Source: Angustibacter luteus
GTDB taxonomy: Bacteria; Actinomycetota; Actinomycetes; Actinomycetales; Angustibacteraceae
Assembly: GCF_039541115.1 (NCBI RefSeq)
Contig: NZ_BAABFP010000008.1
Span: 1-64,000, forward strand
DNA length: 64,000 nucleotides
Reading direction: 5' to 3'
Part shown: positions 8,007-18,200 of the stretch, one piece after another
How positions within the stretch are numbered: the first letter of the stretch is position 1
Layout: the number at the start of each line of letters is the position of its first letter
Notes under the pieces: model-generated
The model's database searches: none
The model's input: the letters and a program-made list of their open reading frames with translations, nothing else
Told to the model about the DNA's origin: nothing
Translations under genes and position numbers: made by a program

Positions 8007-10095
8007 AACGGTCCTCGACCGCCGCGCGACCCGCGGCACCGAGGGTGCCGGCGGTCCCGCGGTCCGCGAGCAGCGCGAGGATCTGCGCGGCCATGGCTGC
8101 CGGGTCGGCGACCGGCACGACCCGACCGGTCGTCTCGTCCACGTAGTCGTCCATGCCCGGGGTGTCGGAGATCACGACGGGGCGGCCCGTGCTCATCGCC
8201 TCCAGCGCCACGGTCATGCCGGACACGTGCTGGTTCGGGCGGGTGGCGACGGCGACGACCGAGGCGCGAGCGTAGAGCTCGGCGACCTGGGCGTGCGGCA
8301 CGTGGGCGAGCACCTCGATGCCCTCCGGGGCCGGCTCCTTGGACGACGACTGCACCACGACCCGCACGTCCGGGCGCTCGCTCCGCACGATCTCCAGGGC
8401 CGCGAACAACGTCCGCGGGTCGCGGTCGCGGTCACCGCCGATGCTCACCACCATCGGCTCCGCCTGCTGGTAGGGCGCGAACCCGTAGAAGTCCGGGTCG
8501 ACGCCGAACCGCAGGAAGCTGACCGGCGGGGCGTCCGGGCCGAGCCACTGCGCGAGGACGTCGACCTGCGGGCGGCTGAGCGTCCACAGCCCGTCCAGGC
8601 CGCGCAGCAGGTCCCGGGTCCTGGCGACGTCCGCGGCGGCCTCGGGCCGGTCGAGCCGGTCGGTCACCCAGATCACGCCGGACAGCAGCCGCTCGCCGCG
8701 GACCGTCCCGTGGATCTGCGCGGCGGTCTGCTCGTCCCAGCAGAGCAGGTCACCGGCGACCCGGGTGGCCGGGCGCAGCGCCGAGACCCGCCCCGCGCTC
8801 GCCCGGCGGGCCAGGCGGGCCGCGGCGGACGGGGGACGAAGCTCCACTGCCGAGACCTGCGCGCCGCCCTGCTCGAGACCGTCCAGGCCGTACGGCCAGC
8901 GGCCGGGCACCGGACTCTGCGCGTGCCGCCGGGCCCACGCCTGCGGACCCTTCCCGGGGGCGAACAGGACGGTGGCGCGGACGTCGCTCGTGCCGGTCAT
9001 AGCGGTCTCCTGGCCTCGGCCGGTCGGGGGGCGCAGCAGCCACCGGTCGGCGGCGATGCGGCTGTCGGTGGTGGGCAGGTCGGCGAGGACCTGCCCGGCG
9101 TCTCGCGGCGAGCCCGCCGCCCGGGCCAGGGCCTGGGCCACCTGCGACGCCGGCGCCGTCGGAGCCAGGACCTCGTGCCCGTGGGCCTGCAGCCAGCCGG
9201 CCAGCCCCGTCTCGCTCGTCGTGACGACCTCGCAGCCGTGGCCGAGCCCCTCGACCAGCGGCAGGCCGACCTGCTCGCGCCAGGCGCCGACCCGTTGGGA
9301 GAGCAGCACGAGCACGTGCGCGCGGCGCAGCGCCTCGTGCACCAGCGAGCGCGGCGGGTCGACGTCGACCCGGACCTCGTCCCGGCCGGCCGCCCAGTGC
9401 TGGACGTGCTCGAGCAACGGACCCTTGCCGATCAGGTGCAGTCGCAGGCCCTGCGCACCGGCGCCGAGGGCCTCCCACCCGGCCAGGAGCTGCCGCACGC
9501 CCTTGCGCTCGCTGAACGCCCCCACGAACAGCACGGTGCCCGGCTCACGCTCGCCGGGTGGGCAGTCGCACGCCGTGGGCAGCGCCGGGAAGACGGCGGC
9601 CCGGCGGGCGAGCACCCGGTGCGGGACGTAGCCGGCCACCAGGTCGTAGCAGCCCTGGGTACCGAAGGCCAGGCGGTCGAAGCCGCGCACCAGCACCCCC
9701 AGGACCACGCGGGTGGCCAGCCGGGCGAGCGGCCGGGGCAGCCTCGCGGCGAGCTCGTCGGCCGGGTCGGTCAGCCCGATGCAGTAGGCCACGGCCAGCG
9801 CTCGCCGCCGCGGCGCCAGGCGGGCGGCGACCAGCTGGGCCAGCAGGTCCGGCCAGCGCCGGGTCATCAGCGGCTCGTTGAGCTCGACGACGTCGTAGCC
9901 CCCGGTGAGCAGCTCACGCACCGCCGCGGGCCGGGAGACCTGGCGCGGCACCGGCACGCCGTCCGGCAGGACGCTGAGGTCGTAGTCGTACCGGGTGCCG
10001 TGGTACAGCACGGTGGCCGGCGCCATCACGGCGAAGCGCTCGAGGTGCGCCGTCCGCAGCGACTCGTAGACGCGCGCGACCCGCACCTGCCTCAC
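7957..10095 (-). CDS. Tandem GT4-GT4 glycosyltransferase (two genes fused in frame as sequenced; internal start at 9000)
   Basis: GTG 10095 overlaps the flippase stop. First domain has EQVGLPLVE, second has SGMTVALEAM. No stop between them. AGGAG-6nt-ATG at 9000. Confidence 0.8.
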   Translation of the reverse strand: MRQVRVARVYESLRTAHLERFAVMAPATVLYHGTRYDYDLSVLPDGVPVPRQVSRPAAVRELLTGGYDVVELNEPLMTRRWPDLLAQLVAARLAPRRRALAVAYCIGLTDPADELAARLPRPLARLATRVVLGVLVRGFDRLAFGTQGCYDLVAGYVPHRVLARRAAVFPALPTACDCPPGEREPGTVLFVGAFSERKGVRQLLAGWEALGAGAQGLRLHLIGKGPLLEHVQHWAAGRDEVRVDVDPPRSLVHEALRRAHVLVLLSQRVGAWREQVGLPLVEGLGHGCEVVTTSETGLAGWLQAHGHEVLAPTAPASQVAQALARAAGSPRDAGQVLADLPTTDSRIAADRWLLRPPTGRGQETAMTGTSDVRATVLFAPGKGPQAWARRHAQSPVPGRWPYGLDGLEQGGAQVSAVELRPPSAAARLARRASAGRVSALRPATRVAGDLLCWDEQTAAQIHGTVRGERLLSGVIWVTDRLDRPEAAADVARTRDLLRGLDGLWTLSRPQVDVLAQWLGPDAPPVSFLRFGVDPDFYGFAPYQQAEPMVVSIGGDRDRDPRTLFAALEIVRSERPDVRVVVQSSSKEPAPEGIEVLAHVPHAQVAELYARASVVAVATRPNQHVSGMTVALEAMSTGRPVVISDTPGMDDYVDETTGRVVPVADPAAMAAQILALLADRGTAGTLGAAGRAAVEDRFTSTAMCRDLLGILAR

Positions 10096-11459
10096 GTGCC
10101 GACGACCTTGGCCCGGTCCCGCCGCACGTACACGACGTTCGCGATGACCTGGAACAGCAGCACTCCCACGGCCGAGCCGATGATCGGCCCGGACGGCCCG
10201 ATCAGCCCGGTCAGCCAGATCGAGAGGCCGAGGTTCACCGGCAGCAGCAGGCAGATCATGACCGCCTGGTAGCGCAGGCCCCGCGCGTCGGTCATGTACA
10301 TCCCGAGCGGGTACTTGACCGCCTGGCAGATCATGAACAACGAGTAGGCGACGAGCAGGCTGACCGGCAGGTGGATCGTGCCGCCCGTGGCCACCTGGGA
10401 CAGCAGCGGCGAGGCGAGCGACAGACCCAGGCAGACGAGTGCCGCCGCCACCCCGAACACCAGCGAGATGCTCATCGGTGAGGCGTGCCGGCCCCGGGCG
10501 CGCTCGCGGGCGAACACCGGCCACAGCGTGAAGCCGGCCGCGCTGACCACCGCCCAGACCGGCGAGTAGATCTGCGAGGCGAGGTTGTACTGCGCCAGCG
10601 ACGTGGTGCCGGACAGGTGGCTGAGCACGATCCGGTCGGTCTGCATGGCGATCGGCAACGCGATCATCTGGACCAGCATCGGCCAGGCCACGCTGAAGAC
10701 CTCGCCACCGCGTTCGGTGCGCACGTGCGGCGCGCTGCGCACCGAGCGACCGAGCATCGGGGCGATCATCCGGCCGCCGAGGACGGTGGCGATCAGCGCG
10801 ATGAGCACGGCGGTGCCGTACGGGATCACCGCGACGAAGTTCCCGGCCGGCACGTGCCAGTGGGTCAGGATCAGCAGCGTCACCAGCGTGACCGGGGCCT
10901 GCAGGCCGAGCAGCGCCAGCCCGACGTGGTTCTTGCCCATCCCGGCCAGGATCCGCTGACCGATGCCGAACGGCATGCCGATTCCGAGCAGCGCGAGGCA
11001 GACGGCCGCGGCGACCGCTCCGCCACCCGGTTGCAGCCCCTCACCGAAGATCGTCGGCCACAGCCCGAGCACCGAGATGCCCACCGACACCGCGCAGATC
11101 GTGACCATCGACCCGCACAGGATCCGGATGCAGGTGACCAGGACGCCGTGCACCTTGGAGTCCCGGCTGGGGTCGTGCGAACCGCCGATGACGTTCATGA
11201 TCGCGGCCGAGATGCCGAGGTCGGCCCACGGCAGCAGGGCGCCGATCCCGACGAGCAGGCCGTACTGGGCGTAGGACGCCTCGCCGTAGTGCTCGATGAT
11301 GATCCGGGTGTTGAAGATGCCGATGACCGCCGAGATCGGCAGCACGGCCATCCGGGTGCCACCGCTGCGGATCAGCCCGATCCAGGTGTCCCGGGCGTGC
11401 TTGACCTCGACCTTCTCCGGCACCGACGGCTGCTGGTCCTGGTCGTCCACGACGCTCAT
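10092..11459 (-). CDS. Wzx-type polysaccharide flippase
   Basis: About 12 TM segments with ADLGI and QTDRIVLS motifs. ATGA overlap with the upstream GT2. Confidence 0.85.
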   Translation of the reverse strand: MSVVDDQDQQPSVPEKVEVKHARDTWIGLIRSGGTRMAVLPISAVIGIFNTRIIIEHYGEASYAQYGLLVGIGALLPWADLGISAAIMNVIGGSHDPSRDSKVHGVLVTCIRILCGSMVTICAVSVGISVLGLWPTIFGEGLQPGGGAVAAAVCLALLGIGMPFGIGQRILAGMGKNHVGLALLGLQAPVTLVTLLILTHWHVPAGNFVAVIPYGTAVLIALIATVLGGRMIAPMLGRSVRSAPHVRTERGGEVFSVAWPMLVQMIALPIAMQTDRIVLSHLSGTTSLAQYNLASQIYSPVWAVVSAAGFTLWPVFARERARGRHASPMSISLVFGVAAALVCLGLSLASPLLSQVATGGTIHLPVSLLVAYSLFMICQAVKYPLGMYMTDARGLRYQAVMICLLLPVNLGLSIWLTGLIGPSGPIIGSAVGVLLFQVIANVVYVRRDRAKVVGT

Positions 11460-12382
11460 CCGGCACCCGCCCCGGTGGGCCGCAGCAACGCGCCCACACC
11501 GGCCAGCGTCCCGCGGACGGCGCCCAGCACGACGCGCGGCGAACGCAGGATCCGCTTGCGCCCACCGTGCCGGCGCAGGACCCGCCACGACGCCCGCGGC
11601 GTGGCCAGCAGCCAGCGCAGCCGCTCCCGGCGCGGCAGGTTCTTCGCGGCGAAGAGCAACCGGTTGCGGCAGTTGAAGTAGAAGTACAGCGGCGACTTGG
11701 CGTCGCCGCTCTGGGTGCCACCGACGTGGTGCACCACCTCGACGTCGTCCAGCACGACCAGCGGCAGCCCCTGCTGGGCGGCCCGCCAGCTGAGGTCGAC
11801 GTCCTCCCAGTACATGAAGTAGCGGTCGTCGAAGCCGCCGACCGCCCGCCACGTCGACAGCGGCACCAGCAGGCAGGCGGCGGTGAGCCAGGAGCCGCGC
11901 GCGGTCAGGTCCGGGCCGCCGCCGGCGCGCAGGTCACCGGTGGCCAGCTGCAGGACGCCACCGGAGAACCAGGTGCGACCGCCCGGCAGCACGATCCGCG
12001 GGGAGACCAGGGCGCCCGGGTGTCGCCGGGCGCCATCCAGCAGCGCCTCGACCACCGCCGGGTCGACGTCGACGTCCGGGTTCAGCAGCAGGACGGCGTC
12101 GCAGCCGAGCTCGGCCGCCCGCGCGACGCCCAGGTTCATGCCACCGCCGAAGCCCAGGTTGCGGTCGGCCTCGATCACCTGCCAGCCGTGCTGGTGGGCC
12201 AGTGCGCCGACGGCGGACCGCTCCGCGCCGGTCGTCAGGTTGTCGACGACCACGACGTCGTGCGGGGCCTCGAGCGCGCGCAGCGCCGGCAGCCGATCGG
12301 CCAGGAGCTGGTGCGAGGCGTAGTTCACGACGACCACGCCCAACCGGGAGACGTGGGCCGGGGCCTGCGGCTGGGCGCTCAC
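11456..12382 (-). CDS. GT2 glycosyltransferase (rhamnosyltransferase-like)
   Basis: VVVVNY, VVVDN, NLGFGGGMN, LLNPD and GGFDDRYFMYWEDVD motifs. Confidence 0.9.
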   Translation of the reverse strand: MSAQPQAPAHVSRLGVVVVNYASHQLLADRLPALRALEAPHDVVVVDNLTTGAERSAVGALAHQHGWQVIEADRNLGFGGGMNLGVARAAELGCDAVLLLNPDVDVDPAVVEALLDGARRHPGALVSPRIVLPGGRTWFSGGVLQLATGDLRAGGGPDLTARGSWLTAACLLVPLSTWRAVGGFDDRYFMYWEDVDLSWRAAQQGLPLVVLDDVEVVHHVGGTQSGDAKSPLYFYFNCRNRLLFAAKNLPRRERLRWLLATPRASWRVLRRHGGRKRILRSPRVVLGAVRGTLAGVGALLRPTGAGAG

Positions 12383-13323
12383 GGCCGCTTGTACTCGGAG
12401 TAGACGTAACCCCAGGTGCCGGCGACCATGCCGGCGCCGCGGGCCAGGGTGCGCACCCCACGCGCCTGGTCACCGACGTCGCGGCGGACCAACCCGACCA
12501 GCGCCCGGGCGCCGCCGCCCAGGACCCGGACCGCACCGGCGCCCAGCAGCCGTACGCGCACCCCCAGGCGACCGGCGGCGTTGCCGCTGAGCTGGAGCGA
12601 CGTGCGCGTCCAGCCGTTGCCGCTGCGGAACGCCCGCGCCAGCACCCAGCGGCGCTCGACCCGCGCGGCCGGCACGACGTCCACCACCAGGGCCTCGTCG
12701 CACCAGAGCATCGCACCGCCGCTCTCGTGCAGCTGACGGGTGAACAACGTGTCGGAGCCGCCACTGAGGCCGAACCGCTCGTCGAAGGTCAGGCCGGCCG
12801 AGCGCACCTGCGCCAGGTCCAGCAGCAGGTTGTTGGTGGCGGCCACCTGCACCGCCGTGCCGGTGGGCAGCCGGCGCCGGTCGAAGAAGCGGCCCGCCGA
12901 CACCCAGGCGGACGGCTCGACCGCGAACTCCGAGACGACCGGACCCACGACGGCCGCACAGCGCCGCTCGACCCAGACCGCCAGCAGCAGGTCCAGCCAG
13001 TCCGGCACCGGGCGCTCGTCGTCGTCCACGAACACCAGCAGGTCGTCGCGACCGGCCTCGGCCAGCGCACGGTTGCGGGCCGCGGCGATGCCGGGCCGGG
13101 GCTCGTGGACGTACTGGACGTCGGGCCAGCCCTCGACGACCGTCTGGCGCGCCGCAGCCTCCGGGTCGTTGTCGACGACCAGCACGCGCGCCGGCCGGCT
13201 GGCCAGCGTGGCCTGGCGCACCAGCTCGGGCAGGATCGCCGCCAGGTCGTCGGGCCTGCGGTAGGTCAGCACCGCGACCACCACGGACTCGACGTCCGCT
13301 CGGGGCGGCTGCTCGACCTGCAC
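12379..13323 (-). CDS. GT2 glycosyltransferase (ExoM-like)
   Basis: VLTYRRP, VVDND, GIAAARN, FVDDDE and FGLSGGSD motifs. Confidence 0.88.
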   Translation of the reverse strand: MQVEQPPRADVESVVVAVLTYRRPDDLAAILPELVRQATLASRPARVLVVDNDPEAAARQTVVEGWPDVQYVHEPRPGIAAARNRALAEAGRDDLLVFVDDDERPVPDWLDLLLAVWVERRCAAVVGPVVSEFAVEPSAWVSAGRFFDRRRLPTGTAVQVAATNNLLLDLAQVRSAGLTFDERFGLSGGSDTLFTRQLHESGGAMLWCDEALVVDVVPAARVERRWVLARAFRSGNGWTRTSLQLSGNAAGRLGVRVRLLGAGAVRVLGGGARALVGLVRRDVGDQARGVRTLARGAGMVAGTWGYVYSEYKRP

Positions 13324-13342
13324 GCTCGCTCCTCACCGCTCG

Positions 13343-13358
13343 GATCGGACGTCCGATC
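13343..13358. promoter_or_regulatory. Perfect 16-bp palindrome GATCGGACGTCCGATC, candidate operator
   Basis: Self-complementary, 20 bp upstream of the GT2 start. Confidence 0.4.
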
Positions 13359-13448
13359 TGACCCCCGTCCCATTCTGCCAGCCCGTTCCGCGCGCCGTGG
13401 CCGTTCCCGGAGAGTCCCCCGGGGCCCTCGCCCCGTGCTGCGGACGTG

Positions 13449-13486
13449 CCGGTGGGCCACCGGGACTGGTCCCTGTGGCCCACCGG
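13449..13486 (-). terminator. Strong hairpin after the 1566-aa gene
   Basis: 12-bp stem CCGGTGGGCCAC/GTGGCCCACCGG plus inner GGGA/TCCC, starting 14 bp after the stop. No clear U tract. Confidence 0.6.
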
Positions 13487-13499
13487 AAACCCTGTCTGA

Positions 13500-16400
13500 T
13501 CAGGGGTTGAGCGGTCCCGCGGCGAAGTTGTCCACGATGACGTTCTCCGGGACGTTCGTCGACGTACCGGACAGGTACGCGTTCAGTCCAACCGATCCCG
13601 CCGCCTGCAGCGTCGCGCTGGAGTCGGTGGCCGATGCGGTCCACGCCGTCGGCTCCGTGCCACCGACCGGCCAGATCTTGGCCCGCACCGTGGTCGGCGT
13701 GGTGCCGAACACCTGCAGCCGGATGCGCAGCGGCGTGCTCGGGCTGTTGGTCAACCCGGTCACCGTCAGCGAACGGAGCGCGGTCTCCGTCGTGCCGACC
13801 ACGCTGACCAGCGAGAGGTTGACCCGGCCGTCGGCCAGCAGCTTGACCTTCGCGGCGTACGTGTTCGCGCCGACCTTGCGTCCGGTGACCCCGATGAAGG
13901 TGCCCCCGCCGGTCTGCGCCGAGTCCGCCACGACGTCCACGACGACCTCGGTCGAGGTGGCGGAGACGCCGTCCAGGTTGGCCGTCACCGTGGAACCAGC
14001 CTTGGCCAGCTTGAGCCGGGCCTGCCCGGAGGCCACCGAGAAGTTGGTGTTACCTCCCGACAGCGTCCACGGGCCGCCCTTGTCCGCCGTCCCCAGTCCG
14101 TTGACCACCGTCCGACCGAAGAGGTCCTGGGCGTAGAACGGGTTGACCACCGGTGCGGTGACCGTGACCGAGCCGCTCTTGGTGGCGGTCGCGCCCTGGT
14201 TGTCGGTGACCGTCAGCACGACCGGGTAGGTGCCCGGCGCGCTGTACGGGTGCGACGTGATCTTGCCCGAGCCCGTGGTGCTGTCACCGAAGGTCCAGGA
14301 CCAGGCCACGACCGAGCCGTCCGGGTCGGCCGAGCCCGAGGCGTCGAACGACGCGGTCAGGTCGGTCGGGGTGGCCGTGAAGGCCGCGGTCGGCGGGACG
14401 TTCGCCGGCGCCGGCGCCACGGTCACCGACTGGGTGGTCGTGTTCGTACCACCGCGGTTGTCGGTCACCTTGAGCGTCACCACGTACGTGTCGCCCGCGG
14501 CGTAGTCGTGCGCGCTGGTCACACCGGTGTCGGTGCTCCCGTCGCCGAACGACCACTCGTAGCTCGAGATCGAGCCGTCCGGGTCGTGCGACGTCGTCGC
14601 GTTCACCGCGACGTGCAGGTTGGACTTCGTGACCGTGAAGGCCGCGACCGGGTTCACGTTCGCCGGAGCCGTCACCACGACCGACTGCTGGGTCAGGTTG
14701 GTGGCACCGTCGTCGTCCGCCACCGTCAGCTTCACCACGTAGGTGCCGGGGTCGGTGTAGGTGTGCGACGTGGTGATGCCCGTGTCCGTGGCCCCGTCAC
14801 CGAAGTTCCAGGCGTAGCTCACCACCGAGCCGTCCCCGTCGTGCGAGGTCGAGCCGTCGAACGCCACGCTCAGGTTGGTCGGCGTCGCGGTGAAGGCCGC
14901 CGTCGGCGCCTGGTTCGGCGCCGTGGTGACCACGGCCTGGGTGACCTGCGCGGTCGCCCCCTGGTTGTCGGTGACCGTCAGGACGACCTGGTGCGTGCCC
15001 GGGTCGGCGTAGGTGTGCGACGGGGTGGCGCCGGTGTCGTGCGCGCCGTCACCGAAGTCCCACGCGTAGCCCGCGATCGTCCCGTCGGGGTCGTGCGAGC
15101 CGGTGGCGTCGAAGTCGACCTTCAGGTCCGTCGTGGTGGAGCCGAACGCCGCGGTGGGCGACTGGTTCGGCACGATGCCCTTGCCCAGCGAGTAGTGCTG
15201 GGACACCTGGGCGTCGGTGAGCAGGCTGGAGTACACCGCCACCTCGTCCAGGTCACCGTTGAAGTACGCGCTGGTGCCACCCCAGTCGGAGTCGCCACCG
15301 ATGCGCCAGTAGCCCGCGTAGTCCTGCGCGCCGCCGGTGCTGTTGGAGGCCACGAGCCCACCGTCGACGTACAGCTTCAGGCCCGAGGAGCTGCCCTCGG
15401 CGACCATGTGGTGCCAGCTGTTGTCGTTGTAGGCCAACGGGGACGACACCGTGTTGGTGAAGCCCAACCAGGTCCCGAAGGTCAGCCGCCCGTCGTCCTC
15501 CATGTAGACGTGCCGGTCGTACCCGCTGCTGTAGCCGGCCTGGGTGTTGCCGAAGCCGATCAGCTTGCCGCCGACGTGCGTACCGGTGCGGAACCACAGC
15601 TCCTCGGTGAAGGTCTGCGGGTTGTTCGCCTGCTGGCTGCTGTACACCCCGCCCGTGCTGCCGTCGAACGTCGCCGAGCCGGTCGGTCCGCCGGTCACCG
15701 CGCTCGGACCACCCTGGGTGACGCCGCCGGTGTAGGCGCCGTCCTGCCCGTTCGGGGTCGAGTCCACCGCGGTGCCCGCAGCGTCGCCGAGACGCCAGTA
15801 CAGGTCCGGCTCCGCGTCGTAGACCGCCTGGCCGTAGGTGTCGGCCGGACGGGTCCCGGGCAGGGTGCGACCGCTGAGCGAGTAGTGCGAGCGCACCTGG
15901 GCGAAGGTGAGCTGGCTCGGGTAGATCGCGACGTCGTCGATGTCGCCCTGGAAGCCGTTGGAGCTCTTGTCGCCCGGCCACCCGCCGATGTTGTCACCGC
16001 CGATCCGCCAGTAGCCGTCGTACGGCTGGCCGCTGTGGATCCCGCCGTTGGCGCCGACCCGCTTGCCGTCGACGTACAGGAACTCGCCGGCGCTGCCCAG
16101 GGTGCCCACGACGTGGTGCCACTGGCCGTCGTTGTACGACTGCGCGCTGGTCACGATGGCCGGGAAGCCCAGCCAGGTGCCGAAGGTCAGCTTGCCGTCG
16201 TTGGTCATGTAGACGTGCCGGTCGTAGTTGCCGCTGAGCCCGGTGGTGCTGCCACCGAAGCCCAGGATCTTGCCGCCCGAGGTCGTGGTGGTCTTGAACC
16301 ACGCCTCCGCCGAGAAGGTGTCCGGCGCCGTGACGGGCTGGCTGTTGACCCCGAACGCGGTGTCGGTGCCGTTGAAGGTCGAGGCCTTGTCGGCGTCGCC

Positions 16401-18200
16401 GGTACCTCCGGCGGCTCCGCGGGTGACCCCGGCGCCGAGCGTCAGGTCGTCGAAGCCGGCCGAGTTGTAGGCCGTCGTCGCCGAGCTCTCCCCCAGCCGC
16501 CAGTACTGGCTGGCGCCGTCCGCCAGCACGCCGTCGGCGTAGGCGCTGGCCGCGCCGCCGTTCACCACCACGGTCACGTTCTCGCTGGTGGCCGTGTTCC
16601 CGAGCGGGTCGGTGACGACGAGCCGGTACCGGTGCGTGCTGCCGTTGACCAGCCCGCGGTCGATGAAGCCCATCGGTGGGCGCAGCCAGAACGTGGACTT
16701 CTGCTTGCCCGTGTAGATCGGGTGCGCCGTGTCGTTGTCGCGCACGAGGTCGTAGCTGAGCTCCTCGTTGTCGCGGTCCCAGTTCGCCGGCCACGCCACC
16801 CGGACCGAGCCGGAGGACAGGGAGACCGCGTTGGGGTTCAGCGCCGCGCCCTTGACGACCGGGCCCTGCACGTTCGGTGCGATCGAGCGCTTGGCGAACC
16901 GCACGATGCCCTGCTGCGCCACGCCGTTCACCCGGGGGAACTCGCCGCCCATGACGACGTAGTCGCTGTTGCCGGTGACGGTCCAGGCCGCCTGCGTCTG
17001 GCCGGTGAAGCTCCCCGCGTCCAGCGTGGGCCACCAGCGCAGCAGGTCCGGAGCCGGGTAGCCGGCCCAGTTGTAGTAGCCGTAGGGGTCGTTCGTCACG
17101 GTCGTCTTCGCGTCCTTGGTGAACGCCATCGCGCGCTGGAACGACCACGGCGTGGTCTGCGGGAACTGGCCGATGTTGCCGCAGTAGTGCGAGTGCCCGA
17201 CGCCGTAGACGGCGTCCGCCCCCGCCCAGACCCAGTAGGTGTCGCCGTGGCAGTCGTCGATCCAGTTGATCGCGCCGGTGGTCGGGTCGGCCGCGACGAT
17301 GCCCTCCAGGTTGCCGTTCGACCCGTAGACGTAGCCGCTGCCGAAGATCTGCTGGCCGTCCGTCGTGAGCGAGAGCATGGCCGCGTCGGTGCCCCAGTTC
17401 TGGACCGTCGCGTTCATCGCCCACGGCATGCTGGCGCCCGTGTTCAGGTCGACCTTGGCGCTGCCGCGGGCCTGCTGGCCGTTCATGTTGCCGAAGTTGC
17501 CGGCCAGCACCATGCCGTCACCGGCCGGGGTCAGGACCATCGACATGACGTCCTTGTCGGCGACCGGTGCCCAGCTGGTCACCGCGCCGTCCGAGGCACG
17601 GAAGGCGGCCAGGCGCGAGCGCGGCGCGCCGGCGCTGCTGAAGCCGCCACCGGCGTACACCGTGGTGTTCGTCGCGACGAGGGTGCGCACCTTGTAGTCC
17701 GTGCCGGGGTTGAAGGTCGTGATCAGCGCGCCGGTGGCGGTGCTGTACGCCGCGATGCGGTACCGGTTCACCCCGTTGGCCGTGGTGAAGTCACCGCCGA
17801 CGTAGATGCGGCTGCCGTCGGGCGAGGCCGCGACGGTGAGCACCTGGCGGTTCAGGTTCGGTGCGAAGGAGGTGATCAGCGCGCCGGTCTGCAGGTTGTA
17901 GGCCAGCAGGTTGTTGCGGGGCGTCTCGTTCGTCCCGGCCGGTGAGCCGGCCGGACGCGCCGACGTGAACGACCCGCCCGCGTACACGGTGTTGCCGACG
18001 ATGACCTGGGACCAGACGACTCCGTTGACCTGGACGGTCGGGAGTGCGTCGGCGCTGACCGTGGGGACGGTGCCGGCCGGCGGGGTGGTATCCGCGTGCG
18101 CGGCGCCGGCGGGGAGGGCGACCAGCGCGGTGACCGCCAGTACGGCAGCCACGGTGGCCAAGGTGAACGTCTTGGCGGCGCGGGCGATAGCTGAGCTCAT
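13500..18200 (-). CDS. 1566-aa secreted protein: propeller-like N-domain, FN3-like, 2 LamG/ConA-like, 4 PKD, shared C-terminal domain
   Basis: Signal peptide ending AHA-D. YWRLG...EAWFKT...WHHVV...LYVDG twice. PKD motif W[DNST]FGD four times. Confidence 0.92.
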   Translation of the reverse strand: MSSAIARAAKTFTLATVAAVLAVTALVALPAGAAHADTTPPAGTVPTVSADALPTVQVNGVVWSQVIVGNTVYAGGSFTSARPAGSPAGTNETPRNNLLAYNLQTGALITSFAPNLNRQVLTVAASPDGSRIYVGGDFTTANGVNRYRIAAYSTATGALITTFNPGTDYKVRTLVATNTTVYAGGGFSSAGAPRSRLAAFRASDGAVTSWAPVADKDVMSMVLTPAGDGMVLAGNFGNMNGQQARGSAKVDLNTGASMPWAMNATVQNWGTDAAMLSLTTDGQQIFGSGYVYGSNGNLEGIVAADPTTGAINWIDDCHGDTYWVWAGADAVYGVGHSHYCGNIGQFPQTTPWSFQRAMAFTKDAKTTVTNDPYGYYNWAGYPAPDLLRWWPTLDAGSFTGQTQAAWTVTGNSDYVVMGGEFPRVNGVAQQGIVRFAKRSIAPNVQGPVVKGAALNPNAVSLSSGSVRVAWPANWDRDNEELSYDLVRDNDTAHPIYTGKQKSTFWLRPPMGFIDRGLVNGSTHRYRLVVTDPLGNTATSENVTVVVNGGAASAYADGVLADGASQYWRLGESSATTAYNSAGFDDLTLGAGVTRGAAGGTGDADKASTFNGTDTAFGVNSQPVTAPDTFSAEAWFKTTTTSGGKILGFGGSTTGLSGNYDRHVYMTNDGKLTFGTWLGFPAIVTSAQSYNDGQWHHVVGTLGSAGEFLYVDGKRVGANGGIHSGQPYDGYWRIGGDNIGGWPGDKSSNGFQGDIDDVAIYPSQLTFAQVRSHYSLSGRTLPGTRPADTYGQAVYDAEPDLYWRLGDAAGTAVDSTPNGQDGAYTGGVTQGGPSAVTGGPTGSATFDGSTGGVYSSQQANNPQTFTEELWFRTGTHVGGKLIGFGNTQAGYSSGYDRHVYMEDDGRLTFGTWLGFTNTVSSPLAYNDNSWHHMVAEGSSSGLKLYVDGGLVASNSTGGAQDYAGYWRIGGDSDWGGTSAYFNGDLDEVAVYSSLLTDAQVSQHYSLGKGIVPNQSPTAAFGSTTTDLKVDFDATGSHDPDGTIAGYAWDFGDGAHDTGATPSHTYADPGTHQVVLTVTDNQGATAQVTQAVVTTAPNQAPTAAFTATPTNLSVAFDGSTSHDGDGSVVSYAWNFGDGATDTGITTSHTYTDPGTYVVKLTVADDDGATNLTQQSVVVTAPANVNPVAAFTVTKSNLHVAVNATTSHDPDGSISSYEWSFGDGSTDTGVTSAHDYAAGDTYVVTLKVTDNRGGTNTTTQSVTVAPAPANVPPTAAFTATPTDLTASFDASGSADPDGSVVAWSWTFGDSTTGSGKITSHPYSAPGTYPVVLTVTDNQGATATKSGSVTVTAPVVNPFYAQDLFGRTVVNGLGTADKGGPWTLSGGNTNFSVASGQARLKLAKAGSTVTANLDGVSATSTEVVVDVVADSAQTGGGTFIGVTGRKVGANTYAAKVKLLADGRVNLSLVSVVGTTETALRSLTVTGLTNSPSTPLRIRLQVFGTTPTTVRAKIWPVGGTEPTAWTASATDSSATLQAAGSVGLNAYLSGTSTNVPENVIVDNFAAGPLNP

